Under the pieces are notes generated by a model. That model was not told the origin of the DNA. It made no database searches and saw only the letters and a program-made list of their open reading frames with translations. The position numbers and the translations under genes are program-made. DNA of 64,000 nucleotides. Source: Harriotta raleighana. Taxonomy: Eukaryota. The stretch spans positions 4,317,963-4,381,962 of the forward strand of contig JBNZDD010013709.1 of the NCBI GenBank assembly GCA_050575255.1, read 5' to 3'. Of this stretch, positions 26,917 to 39,640 are shown in pieces. Numbering within the stretch: position 1 is the first letter of the stretch; every line of letters begins with the position of its first letter.

Positions 26917-27209
26917 ATAATCCTTGCATTTGATATAGCACTTTTCACATCTTCTAGACATCTCAAAGCGCTTCACAGAATACATTATAAAGCAAATTGA
27001 TTGTATATTTGTGGGCGAAACGCGGCAGCCAATTACGCACAGTAGTGTCCCACAAACAGTTGTGGATTGAAATGACCAATTTTGGGGGGAGGGGATTATT
27101 ATTAGGCATGTGGAGTAAAGAAACTTGCCCAAGGTTTTGCCCTGCCTGGAATTGAACCCAGTCTCTCGCTTGTAAGGCGAGTGGTCAAACCACTGAGCTA
27201 CAGAACTCC
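26917..27209 (-). mobile_element. Full-length tRNA/Deu SINE downstream of the Cys-loop exon
   Basis: Reverse complement of the 5431 family. Confidence 0.9.
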
Positions 27210-28659
27210 ACAAAGCTGTTGACACACTACACAAGCTCCAACAGCGCACCTCAACCACCTGTAACAGCCTTCTTTAAGCAATTTTATTTTCTATAACCCA
27301 CTTCACGAGATTACTGTACAGTGCAGTGACTGTATATCTTATATTATATTATATAATATAGTAATAATAATAGACTATTATATTATACGATATACAGTAA
27401 TATAATAATCCTTGCATTTGATATAGTGCTTTTCATGTCTTCTAGATATCTCATCTATGTGCACTCATGAGCTCATTTCAAGCAAATACACAGAGGTGCA
27501 CTTAATGGAGTGTGAAATCTGTGATAGTTCACAGCAGATTCAGTTCTAGTCAAAATTCTGCCCAGCAAGATGCTCTGTGTGTACTTCTTGACAGAGAAGT
27601 GGAGTCCATATCTACAGTCACCCAGAGGGGCAAAAGCTAAACAAGTAGATTTGAGCATTTTCCTTTTAAGTAAAAGGGTGTTGGTATAACATGGGGAAAT
27701 GGGACGAAAGGTTCCTCCTTTGTACAGTACTAAGATGGAACAGGCCCGACCGGCTGAATGCCATCCTCCTATCACCGTGTCGCTAAGATAAGTGAGGGAT
27801 GTCAGAATTGTTCAACCTAGGGAATTGTTCCCTAGGTTTTCTTTTACTATTGTTTGTAGTGACAAGCTCAAAATCACTGTGCGCAGGTCCCCTGCTCCTC
27901 TCTGTTAAAAGAGAAGAGAAAAAGTGCATTAAGAGTCAATTGAAGGCCAAAATGATGGGAAGCAGCACTGAGCATTGAGAGTTGAGAGGCTTTCTCAATG
28001 TGCAGGCAACTCAATCAGAACCCTTTGACAATGCAGCTCTGTGATAAAAATGTGATAAAAGTATTGACTTAGAGAACAAAAGAATTATCAAATCAGGTCA
28101 AGAGCGAGAATATGAAGAGACATAGATTGTAAATTAAAGGTGTAATACGAGCACAGACAAGTGAAAAGATCGGTCAAAACAAGATCACATTCAACGCAAT
28201 CTTATCTGACACAGTTTGGAGAGGTGGGGGTGGGGAGTGGGAATGCATTCGTTGGAAAAATCCGCAGCTGGCAAATTTCACCTAGCAGGAAATAGAGAAG
28301 ATGCTGTACACACCATGGGCTTCTAACATTAAGTGCTTTCTTGTCAAAAAAAGGCCTGCAGTTTAATCGTGATTGACTGAAGCAATTTACAAACAGCTTT
28401 ATTACAGCCGTTAGCAGAGAAACTTTCTGTGATTTTCCTTTGCTGGCCAGCACGCAGCCCCTTCTGACTTCCGGTTGCTCTCGGTGCTCAAGTGGCTACT
28501 TTCCAGACAGCTGGTTAGATGCAGAGACATTTAAACCCAAGCTCGTCACAACGATGAGCAGTGCCAACTGTCGCTTCAGTATCAAAAAGACTTTTTCAAG
28601 AATACATTGTTTTTTTACAGATGCCCACAAATAGGTAGAGGTCCCCACATCATTATCTG

Positions 28660-29430
28660 CAGGATAGCCCAGAGTCCATCTTTGGCCTGCTTCTTTTCCT
28701 CATCTATGTGCTCTCTCTGCTCAATGTTATCCGTAGACAAGGGGTGAACTTCCATGTGAATGTGGATGACACACAAATCTACATTGTCTCCTCCAGTATC
28801 GACTCCAAGTCCTCAATGTTCTCTCAGCTTGTCTGGCAGAAATCAGTACCTGGATCGGTGCAAACTTCCTGCATCTGAATGTGGACAAGACAACAACAAG
28901 AAAATTATTCTTGTATAGCGCCTGTCATGTCAGGAGGACATCCCAAGGCGCTAGATAGTTACTGCTTCAGACCCGAGCTGAGGATAGGAGGGAGAGGGAA
29001 GCAGGAATTAGGAGTTGCCGATGGGTCCATCAAAGAGGTGAGTCTTGAGGTGAGACTTGAAGGAGGCCAGGAAGGGGGCAAGGCGGATGGATTGCGGGAT
29101 GGAGTTCCAGAGGTTGGGGGCAGAGTGGCTGAAGGCTCGTTCACGATTGGTGAAGTGGGTGGGTTAGAGGACATGGAGCAAGCCAGAGCCTGCTGAGCGG
29201 AGAGGGTGGGGAGGTTGATAAGGGGATAGCAGGTCATGGATGTAGTCGGGCAAGATTGTGGAGGGCTTGTGGTTGTGGAAGTACATACTCGGCTCTCGTC
29301 AATGTCTTCACTCCTATGGATCTGAATTCCTTAACCTCCCTGGGCTCTCCCTCAGACTCCCCAAACCAATGTGCTATCTAGGAGTCTGGTTTGTCCCCCA
29401 ACTGTCCTTCCTTCCACACATCGAGTCCCT
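28660..29430 (+). mobile_element. L2 RT fragment (+) interrupted by a second L2 3' end inserted in the opposite orientation (~28890-29275)
   Basis: NFLHLNVDKT (to ~28890) resumes as ILGSRQCL...LGVWFVPQLSFLPHI (from ~29285). The intervening block starts with the reverse (CAA)n tail and L2 3' UTR. Confidence 0.8.
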
Positions 29431-32400
29431 GCCAATTTGTGTGCCAATAAAATGCCCGGTCATTACACATTATAGTATGTAATAATAATCCTTGCATTTG
29501 ATATGAGTCTTATCATGTCTTTGAACCGTCTCAAAGTGCTTCACAGAATTCACTGTAAAGTGAATGAATTGTATATGCTGCAAAGCACTTTGAGACCTCC
29601 TCCTGATGTCTTTCAGCCACTATGCTCCGAAATCTGGAATTCACTCGCTCAATCCCTCTAGCTTGTCCCCCCTCTCCCCTTTTTCAAGTCATGCTTGAAA
29701 ACATTCCGCTTTGACTGTGCATATATTCATTTTACTGACAGTCCTATATACTTGTTTGGAGGCTTACAGGTTAATAAAGGAGGTTTATAAAGGAGCAAAT
29801 TGCCCAATATCATGCATTCCTGTTCATTGATTGTGTGGTACAACAATAGAGATAAGTGACAACTATGAATGACAATGGTTGAGTTGAATTTGACGGCCAC
29901 AGTCACAAAGCAGGAGAGGGCCAAGGCTGCGTTATTCACTCACAGCACTGACAGGCTGAGCTGACATATCTATAACTGAAGATATGACTAGTGTGCCTCA
30001 ACATGGTAAACATTACTCTTCCAACAGCGTCCCAGTGATGGTTAAAGAAGTTACGAATATATAGTAACCTTAGAAATATATAGTCTTCATTTATGATATA
30101 TAAAAAGGAAAGTAAGTGCTGTATGCAAAAAGCATTGCCGAAATTAAACCCATCAGAAAATAGTCTTCCCATGAAGCTACAGTGTTTGAAAATACCTGCA
30201 AGGGTTTCATTCAGTGTTTGTCTAATCTAAATAGACCAAGGCCTCATTTCATTCTTGATTCCATCTCAACACAACACTAACAAATGACTGTTTCTCTGCA
30301 ATCTCAAACACTGGGGTCCATTGTTGCACAGCCTTTCTACCACCGTAAGCACATAGTACTGAGATCACAAAGCCCTGTTCCTTGTTTTGGCCAAGTAGCA
30401 AACTCTACAACCCTACAGCAAACTACGGTCTCTTCTGAATGAACATGTTCTCAGGTTTTAGGCTTTAAAGCAGGGTGTTGAGGCTGCTGTTAAATCCCAA
30501 CTGCGGGCAGCAATCCGAAATGAAATGCTAAATTATTAAATGCAGAGATTAGCATATCTAAAATTTAGATAGGTATCAATGCTGCCTCACAGCTATGCTT
30601 TGATTTTGCTGGGAGTGGTGATTGAATACAGACTTGACTTTCAAGTTAACGGATCACTGGCCCAATAGAGTACGGAACCAAATGGGAAGGTCCTGACGTG
30701 AATACAAAATAAAATGGTAACATTCAGATACGTTTTCCTCTATGTTTTCCTTCCTGTATCGTGGAATGCAATTGGGTAAAACTACAATTTATTTCATGTT
30801 GGCTGACGCAAGTCATGTTTTATAGGATCAACTGAGCTGCCTATGATGCTATTGTAATTTGCTACTCCAGAACAAGCTGGATGAGTTCATAGCACTCCCT
30901 CTCTCCTGAATCAGAAAATTGGGGATTCAATCTCCATATTGTGTCTTTGAACTCACAGTCTGGATTGGCACTTCACTACAGAGTTATGGCAGACATTATC
31001 CCATATAGTAATCAAAAAGAGAAGGTTGTTTCCTGGCCAATGATCCCCAGAAATAAAACTGGCTATTAATTTTCTGTGTATCTTTGGGACAATGCAGTGC
31101 CTAAATGGGCTGCTACTTTCATCTACAGAGTACACAGTCACTACTCTTTGAGATATCCTCCTGATGTGAAAAGTGCTGAATCAAATGCAGGGACTATTAT
31201 TAACTGTGAAAAAACACTACTGAAAGAGAGATACTCACCATCATTGTCACTGTGAAAACTTGTGCCGTGGGGTTGGAAATGACTCACTTGGCTGATGGCT
31301 GATGTATCCAGTGGGTCTGTCTTCAATAAAATAGTTTTAGGATCAACACTGATAGCGATCCTTTCAACTCCTGGATGCTGATCGTAGTCAAGACTGATAT
31401 TGCTGTGCGTAATTGGCTGCTGCGTTTCGCCCATAAAATATGCAGTCAATTCACAGAGTATTCGGTGAAGCGTTTTGAGACGTCTCAAAGACATGATGAG
31501 GCGTTATATCAAGTGCAAGTATTATTATTATCTTGGTTGGGACTGAAGTGATGATTTGTGTTTGAGAATCAAAATTGGCATTGATGACAGCCAACACATT
31601 GTAACAAAGTCTTTTACATCCAGGTGAAATGACATAACAGAGAGCATCACTGCTCAATGAGCAGACTATCTCAATGACTTGTCAACATTTCTTTCTAGGC
31701 CAGGAAGAAGTAATGAGATTACTAGTTTCAACATTTCTGTTACATGCCACGGACCAGCCAGCCAATATTTACTTGTGAATGGGATCAGATCTGAAACGTC
31801 ATAATAATAATCTTTGCATTTGATATAGCGCCTTATCACTTCTTCGAGGCATCTCAAAGCGCTTCATGGAATACACTGTAAAATTAATTGACTGTATATT
31901 TGGTGGGCGAAATCAGATCAGTCTCACAAAATTAAGTGTGAACAAAGAGCACTCCCTGTCCTTCGCAACTAGTGTTAGGTTCAGTGTGTTCTATCACTGA
32001 ATGTAACACATACTTCCTGAGCTTTACAAAAAATCCATGAGTAAAGAATGTGCAGAAAGCATATTCTAGAGATAACAAACAGCAACTGCATTTATATAGT
32101 GACCTTCACACACAATAACATCTTTGAGTTCATCACAATGTTGGGGTCAAACAAGGTACAGAGGGGGAAGATAGGAGAGAGGGAAGGGGAAAGTTACCAT
32201 AAAGAGATTGGTTTTATGGAGGGATTTAAAAATAGATAGTGAGAGAGTAAGATTGAGGAATAGAGATAAAGACTTCTAGAGGTCAGGGTGCGTAGTGACT
32301 GACATGACAACAAGCAGAAAGAAATGAGGAATAAACCTCAAGGGGCAATCTTCTTCTGCAAGCGGGTGGTTGAGAGAGATGGAATAGTCACACTATTCCT

Positions 32401-33136
32401 GGTTTGCGGCACAAACTGTCAATCATAAGCTTATGTGCTCCTGCTACCTCTACCATAAACTTAATGTGATTTTGAACATGTAGCCTGACTGCGCTTCATA
32501 ACATATTTCTATTCTATTACTAGATGAGAAGTGTTCAGAGTGTGAAGCAACAGGATTAAAACCTGAAGCAAGCTCTCATTCTATGATGAACCGAGTAAAA
32601 CACAGACTTGGAACATTGTTTTTAGTGATATTTATCAAATCAATTTTGATTCTCATGCACAGAGGATACAGGGACAGGGAGGTATGGAGGCACGCTGCTT
32701 TTTCTTCCCCCATTCAAACCGATTCCCTCAGATGCAGTCAGGCACAATAATTTCCAATTTCAGCATGTTTTCCCTGTTAAAATGCTTAAAAGTCCTTGCT
32801 GCAGCTTTGAACTTCACAAGTACTGTCGTGTTTTACATTAATTTCCAAATCCATAAAGGACACAAGCAGACAGACAAGACGCCTGTGGGAAAAATTCACA
32901 TGAGGTCTCTTTGCTGCACTGCAGCTTCAAGAAGAGGCCATTGTTTGAGAACATGTGTCCAGGCCTCTCTTGGATGGACTTATCTCGTATGTTTCCAGCT
33001 GGAGATAGGGATTTTTCCTGCTCGGCTCCTGGTAAACTAAAGCACTAATGGGTAGGGTGGTACTACACTAAGTAACTGGTAGTAGAAAGCTTATCAGACA
33101 GTGTTTTCAATGGCAAGCCATGCATTTTTTTTTACT

Positions 33137-33405
33137 ACATAGAACATAAGAGCATAAGAATAAGGAGCAGGAATAGGCCATTCAGCACCTCGAGCCTGCC
33201 CCGCCATTCAATAAAATCATAGATGATCTTCTAATCTAACTCCACCTGCCTGCTTTATCCCTTAATCCCTTTATCCATAGAAAATCTATCAATCTCAGTC
33301 TTGAGTATGTTCAAGGACTGGGCATCTACATCCTTTTGGGGTAGAGAATTCCACAAATTCACTATCCTCTGAGTGAAGAAGTGTTTCCTCAACCCTAATC
33401 TTAAG
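33137..33405 (-). mobile_element. CR1 LINE 3' end
   Basis: The minus strand encodes LRKHFFTQRIVNLWNSLPQK.VDAQSLNILKTEIDRF, the canonical CR1 ORF2 end, followed by a (ATAAGAAC)-type tail. Confidence 0.9.
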
Positions 33406-33821
33406 ACTAGCAAAACTCCAACTATACCCTGATGGACACTTTGGGTTCCCCAAGCCTTGGCTCCTGCCAAATCTCTTCTGGAATTGGATAAAGCCCCTCT
33501 GGGGCGAGAGTGCACATTCCATTCCAGACACGGGAATTTCTATGTGTACGTGGCACACGTAGAACTATCTTATCTGGTTTGGTAACTGTTAAGCACAGCG
33601 ATTGGGGTTCCGCATTTGTTAGACATCCAGCTGACTAAAACAAAATCCAGCTTCAATCAGCAGCACTGTATTTCGAATCAGTGAATGGCACAAATCACTG
33701 GACGGGAGAAGCACAGGGATTTGCTGAGTAACACTCAGGGAAATTAATTAGCCTTCGAAGTATTTGCCCAGTTTGACAAAACATTGAAATTGAGAATCAG
33801 TGAAGAGAAGTCATTTAAACG

Positions 33822-34165
33822 AGGAGCTGCTGTGTGTGTGAGCTGTTGTGTGTGTGAACTGCTGTGTGTGTGTGAGCTGCTGTGTGTGTGAGCTACTGCG
33901 TGTGACTGTAAACTGATATGTGTGTGTTTGGGCTGCTGAGTGTGCATTGCTGCATTTGTATGAACTGCAGTGTGTATGTGTGTGATCTGCTCTGTGTCTG
34001 TGAGCTGCTCTTATGTATGTGTGAGCTGCTGTGTCTGTGTAAGATCTTTTGTATTTGTGTTCACTGCTGTGTTTATGAGAGCTGCTGTGTGTGAGGACTG
34101 CTGTGCGTGTGAGCTGCTCTGTGTGTGAGCTGCTGTTTATGTGAGTGTGAGTTGCTGTGTGTGCT
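33822..34165 (+). repeat. Degenerate minisatellite, unit ~GAGCTGCTGTGTGTGT (~16-18 bp)
   Basis: Directly visible tandem array of gagctgct(gt)n units. Confidence 0.9.
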
Positions 34166-34399
34166 ACATCTATAAAATATGATTCTCTTCCTCCCCCGTT
34201 TCTAATTATACAGTAATGAAGACCTTTCAGTACAAGTGTAATTTAAAACAGCAGCAAGACAATAATGACCACCCCACAGGCTCATCCTGAGAAAATGAAT
34301 GAAACTCTCCTGAACTCGACAGAACAAAATTCTGACTTGATGCTTTCATCTGCACATATTCACATGCTCGACTCAATCCATCTATTAGACACCTCCTCC

Positions 34400-34700
34400 T
34401 GTGCCCTTAATTTTGGCACCTAAAGCTCTGATGTTCCCTCATTAAACACATTTTGGTAGTATTGTTTATCAAGTTCTGCACTCCTCTCTTTGCTCTGCAG
34501 TTTCTGGCCATCCACAAAGTCCAGTTAATACGAAACTCCACATCCTCACCTGTACCAAACTCTGCCCCCATCACCCCAATTCTCGCCCAGCTATCACTGA
34601 CCTTCTGCCTCCTGTCAACCATATCAATTTCAAAGTCCTTGCCTTCACATACAAATTCCTTCACACTCTAGCACCTCCCTACCTCTCTGACCTGCCTGTA
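34400..34700 (+). mobile_element. Old L2 ORF2 C-terminal fragment
   Basis: Degenerate KVQLIRNS..PITPILAQL..INFKVL..APPYLSDL similarity to the copy at 2454. Confidence 0.65.
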
Positions 34701-37199
34701 CTCCACAAGCCTACTAATAATCCCTCAAAAAAACACAATAATAAATTGGTCAATTCAATCCATGACTGTTTGTGGGGACGCTGCTGTGCGCAATTGGCTG
34801 CCGTGTTTGCCCACAAATATACAGTCAATTGACTTTACAATATATTCTGTGAAATGCTTTGAGGTGTCTAAAGAAGTGTAAAGTGCTACATCTAATATGA
34901 GGATTATCATTATTTATTATTAGTTTTGGCCCACCAAACACAGTCACTATGCTGCACATTTAATTATGTTAAGTGAAATTAAATTTTGACCAATAAAATG
35001 GTCTGAAGTGGAATAAAATTGGTCACTCACTCCATAGCTGTTTGTGGAATAGTGCTGTGTGGAAAATGGCTGCCACTTTCGGTCATGAAATTCAAAAGCA
35101 ATCCATTTCATAGAATATCCTGTGAAGAGCTTTGAGCTGTCTTGACAACATCAAATGCAAGGATTATTGTTATTATTATTTGTTGTTATCCTGTGTGGTT
35201 GATGGGTGCTACAGATGTTGTTGTTACGTGTGCCCAATGATGCCTACCACTGTGTAACCCAAGAAACTTCCGCTTATTTTCATGCGACTCCATCTGAGCC
35301 ACCAAGTCCCGCTGTGCAGAAAGCGAGAACAACAATGTACTCACGGACCTGGTTTTGTCCGCAGTGCCCAGAAAGCAGTTGGCGGAATTACTAGAACCTA
35401 TATCACTGCAGTCTTTGTTACATTAACGCACAGTGGGAATCATCAAGTGTCATAAGTCAAATTCTGGGTACTTAGGAATGCATGAGGCTTGATGTATGCA
35501 GTCGAAGGTTTCAAATGGCATCACAAGCCACCAGATAGAAACTCATATAGCCCAGCATATGAATTTCAGTCACTTTGTAGCTGACATCAATTAATTTTTA
35601 TGATCTGCATTATGATCTCAATCAAATGAAAACCAGTGTCAATCCGAGTCACAAGCAGTGTCCCAATTTTATTGACAAACCGTGTGAAAGGTTATTTAGT
35701 TATCCGCAGAATAATCAAATCAAATCATTAAAGATAAGTTGATGGTAAAGGAATTATTTGACGAACTTAAAGCAGAATAGGGAAATTTATTGAAAGTTGT
35801 AAAGCAGTGTACTAACAAGCAAAGTGGTTGTTAAATGGTGCTGTACCAAACATAAGGAATTAATGTTGTGACCACTTAAACTTGCAGTGAAGTGGGTTTC
35901 AATTGAGATTCAAGTTGCCCAGTGAGACAATTACACTTTTGATGATAAATGTTTAATTGCTCCCTTCAAATCTGATCTGTCCAATTAAAATATTGACACA
36001 ACTGATAGCTTTGCAGGAGGGTCCAATATAACAGGACCGTGCTGTTATCAGCATCAAAGCATTTCACAGTGTTTATCTACCAGCACTGCTGTACAGGTGT
36101 GTTGACCAGAAAGTAGTAAGATGTGACTGATGTCTCGGTGAGTGAGTAATTGCACCTCACTAAGCCATGCTGCCCCTCGCGTGCAGAACAGGAGCTTCCA
36201 GTTTTTCAATCTTGTTTTTTTGTTGTTGTTGAGTTAGTTAGTCTCATCTGGGAAAGCTATAGTATAGAGGTATAGGATTACCATTGATCTCAATCTGCCC
36301 AGGTTAGTGGGGAATCGAACTTAAATCCTATTCCTGATGAAATTCCAATGGATCCAGCTGGTAAGCGCATGTCTGAGCATCAGGCAGGAATGGCCACAAC
36401 CAAACTAGGTGGGTTGCAAAGCAGATGAGAGAAATAAGGAAAGGGTGAAGAGAAATAGTCAAATGCTTAGTCAAAGAGATGGGGAGAGTATGAGGCAAAG
36501 AGATTTAAGGATAAAATTCCAAAGAGTGGGAGCAAAGTGGCTGTAAATTGACCAACAAATGGTGGGACAGAGGATAAGGGGAAGGGGGAGACGTAGCAGT
36601 GAAGGGAGTGAGCAGGCGAGTAACCCCAAGTATCATACTTCTATGAGACTGAGAGGCGAAACTTTGGTTGATAATCGATTCACTTATCCTTGAATTATAC
36701 TTCTTGCTTTGTGTGTTAAGACAGTCACTTTTGATGGTCACGGTGTCTACCCCCAATTGGAAATTTGTGCTTTAGCCTCACCCATCTTCCCAGACTGCTC
36801 TGAGACACAATTGTTGCCCAGAACAGCAGTTAGTTTTCTAACCTGAATAACAATTTTAATTACTCTCATGCAACACAGGGTAACTGAAACATGCAATAAA
36901 TATAAATGAACTCCAGAAATCCTATTCCCAAACTCAGTCAGTATAAAGGCAAAATTAGGTCATGTTCCACAGAGAGAGAGAGAGAGAAAGATTGCAGTTT
37001 TCGATTTAGTTTAGAATTGCAAGATTAGACTGACTGCTGCAGCACAACAGATTTGAGTTAATTTTTTTTTGTAATAAAGGTTAATTGGCCACTCTTGGAG
37101 AGAAAAAGTAACTATATTTCCCACCGGAAAAATGGCCTTTAATTCATCGAAGAGCAGCAAAGCCAAAAGATTCCATTTTCTTCAGAAATTAATTTCCAG

Positions 37200-37324
37200 C
37201 CACCTCCTCACTCGCTATCGAATCCCTGTTTAAATTCACTGATTTTTTTCTGATCAGTGCATTTTCAATTCAATCCGTGCATTTTTGGAAATACTGCAAT
37301 GTGTTCAGAACAGTATTATTGTGA
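37200..37324 (+). CDS. Candidate alternative stop-containing SS5 exon (ATSSLAIESLFKFTDFFLISAFSIQSVHFWKYCNVFRTVLL*)
   Basis: Phase-1 acceptor aatttccAG (37198-99) is compatible with the SS5 donors. Open for 41 codons to TGA 37322-24, with AATAAA at 37401-06. Resembles the recalled NRXN3 soluble-isoform tail ARSSNAARSL...FTPIIFISCVVHS*. Not verified by transcripts. Confidence 0.35.
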
Positions 37325-38754
37325 GGGGGTGTCTTTTCCTACTCTTTTCCCGCCCAACCCCTCCAACATACACACATTTTTGGGGGTTGTTTTTACTTTA
37401 AATAAACTGAATAATAATAAGGCAAGGCAACGAGAGATATTGCAGTACATACTGATCATTGAAATAGTGTCTGCAGATATGTGATAAAGGCATTATATTC
37501 AAATCAATTAGAAGGGGGATTGCAGTCACTTTGTTTCCTGTTATCCAACTAATTGAATCTGGGAACTAGAGAGGAATTGAAGGATTTCCATTGCAGGCTT
37601 TCAGCACATTGCTTTGTCTTAAAGTGAGCTTTGGGTCAATAACAATGTGGCTTGCAATTGACAGCTCCACAGACGAATGGTAATAAGCAAACGTCTGTAC
37701 ACCGATGGGAGGCTTCTTGCAGTGCATTGAGATTTGGGCGGGGAAAAAAATAAGGGTAGTTTTGTGGCTGTAAAGTGTAATCATAGCACAAAGTATGTTA
37801 CGCAATTACCTCTTAGTTTTCTTTGTGTTTTCTAATGTTTTTTAAAGGAAGCTTCATGTCAAAGGTAGTTAGATAGTTCACCACGGTTTGTTCAGCCTTC
37901 GTGTCTGAATGCTCTCTTCCAGAGCTGTGTTCAGGTGTTCTTTTAAAAGAAATCTGCAGTCAGGGCAAAACATGGCAGTGATGAGGAAAGCCGTTATTTT
38001 CTCAATGGATATTAACGCAGATTGTTTTCTTGCAGTGGGTATTAAGTACTGTGTTGACAAAGATCATTCTCATGGCAAACGTTTTCAGGGGGAAATGTTT
38101 CAAAAGAAGCACTGACATTTACACTCAATGGGTCTCAGCCGTGTTCCGACAAGGCAGGGTCAGTGGATGAAAGCATTTTTCACCCTGTCCTCATTAGAGA
38201 CATTTGGTTCTAACACTCTGTAGCTCCAGGGCTGGTGGTGCCTGACCTTTTCACGTCGCATTTTACGCTACGACTACAGGACATTGAAACGACTGTACAC
38301 TTCACCCTGACTGTTAAAGCCTACGGTAGGGTGGGGAGGAAACCTGCGCCCTTGGATGCTTGTATTAGAACTGGGGTTTCTGATTTTCACGTTTCACCCT
38401 CAAACTATACAGTCAATTCACGTTACAGTATATACTATGAAGTATCTCAACCACACGGTAAGGCCCTCTATTAAATGCAAGGATTATTACATTATTATTA
38501 ATAGCCTGTAAATTATTAATGTTAAACACCTAATACAACAAAAATGAAATGGGTGTTCATTCATTCATAAACACTGGAAATCTCTATCCCTGATGAGGTT
38601 TCCACTCTCTCTTGCTCGCTTGCTCTCTCCTGGTCCTGGTGGGTCAACAGGGGTCAGTCTTTGCCTCTCCTCAGAGTGCACAGGTGCATCTGTTGAGGCG
38701 TTTGAGAGGAGAAGGTGCTGTGTGTATGAGAGCAATTCTCTCCCCTCCCATGTG

Positions 38755-39045
38755 AACAACAACAAAATTACACTTGTATAGAGCCTTTCATGTCAGAAGG
38801 ATGTCCCAAGGTGCTGGACAGTCAGTGTTTCAGACCCAAGCTGGGATTGAGAACGGGGAGAGTGGAGAGAAAGGAGGGGACTTATGGGACCGTCGAAGAT
38901 GAGATGGGACTTGAAGGAGGCCAGGGATAGAGTTCCAGAGATTGGGGGCAGGATGGCTGAAGGCTCGCACGCCAATGGTGGCGTGGGTGGTTCGGGGGAC
39001 CGAGAGCAGTTGAGCGGAGGGAGCAGGCAGGTTAGTAGGGGGCTA
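38755..39045 (-). mobile_element. L2 3' end fragment
   Basis: Reverse complement of the L2 tail (aacaacaacaaaattacacttgtatag...gtttcagacccaagctggg), as at 10715, 28890 and 60500. Confidence 0.8.
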
Positions 39046-39640
39046 GCAAAGCTTTCTCAGTACAGTAACGAAAGTCCCCACTGTACCCGCACCCTTCCCC
39101 CCCACCAAAAAAAATGATTGCCAAACAATCTAAAACACTTTTTTTTAACAAATCAGGAAATCAGAAGCCCTGGTTATAATGGGAGCGAAGAGTACAACAA
39201 TTAATTAATCTGTGACCTTGCCTGATAGGAAGTTGGAAATGATGCAATATATGCCAGCAGACCTGAAATTTTCTGTGTGTTTTAATGCAATAATAAAAAA
39301 AATCCAAATGTGTATTTCTTCCCTCCCCCTCCTCTTACCCAGACCATTCTTTTACAACTTTCTTTCTTTCATTTTCTTTTTCATGCAATTTCACCGGGGG
39401 ACAATTTGTTGACTGACCTCTTCTGGTGAGCATTGATTTTCTTTTGATACTTTTGGGATAAATGTTCAAATGTTAATGTTTGCTCTAACCAAAGTAAGGG
39501 CGCCACTAAACTATGTCGTGAATAGAGTGAGCTGCCTGACTGTGTTGATGCTTCGATTGCTTTAATATTCTTATTTTAAATGAAGTAACAGGTAGATAAC
39601 ACCAATAAATGCAGCAAACTCTCTCCCTGCCCACCCCCAG

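Noticed and set aside
33822-34165. CRISPR-like repeat array
   Set aside because: Eukaryotic minisatellite with no unique spacers and no cas genes.
39212-39412. Hydrophobic ORF as a GPI/TM exon
   Set aside because: The hydrophobicity comes from a low-complexity T/C tract; no similarity to recalled neurexin isoform tails.
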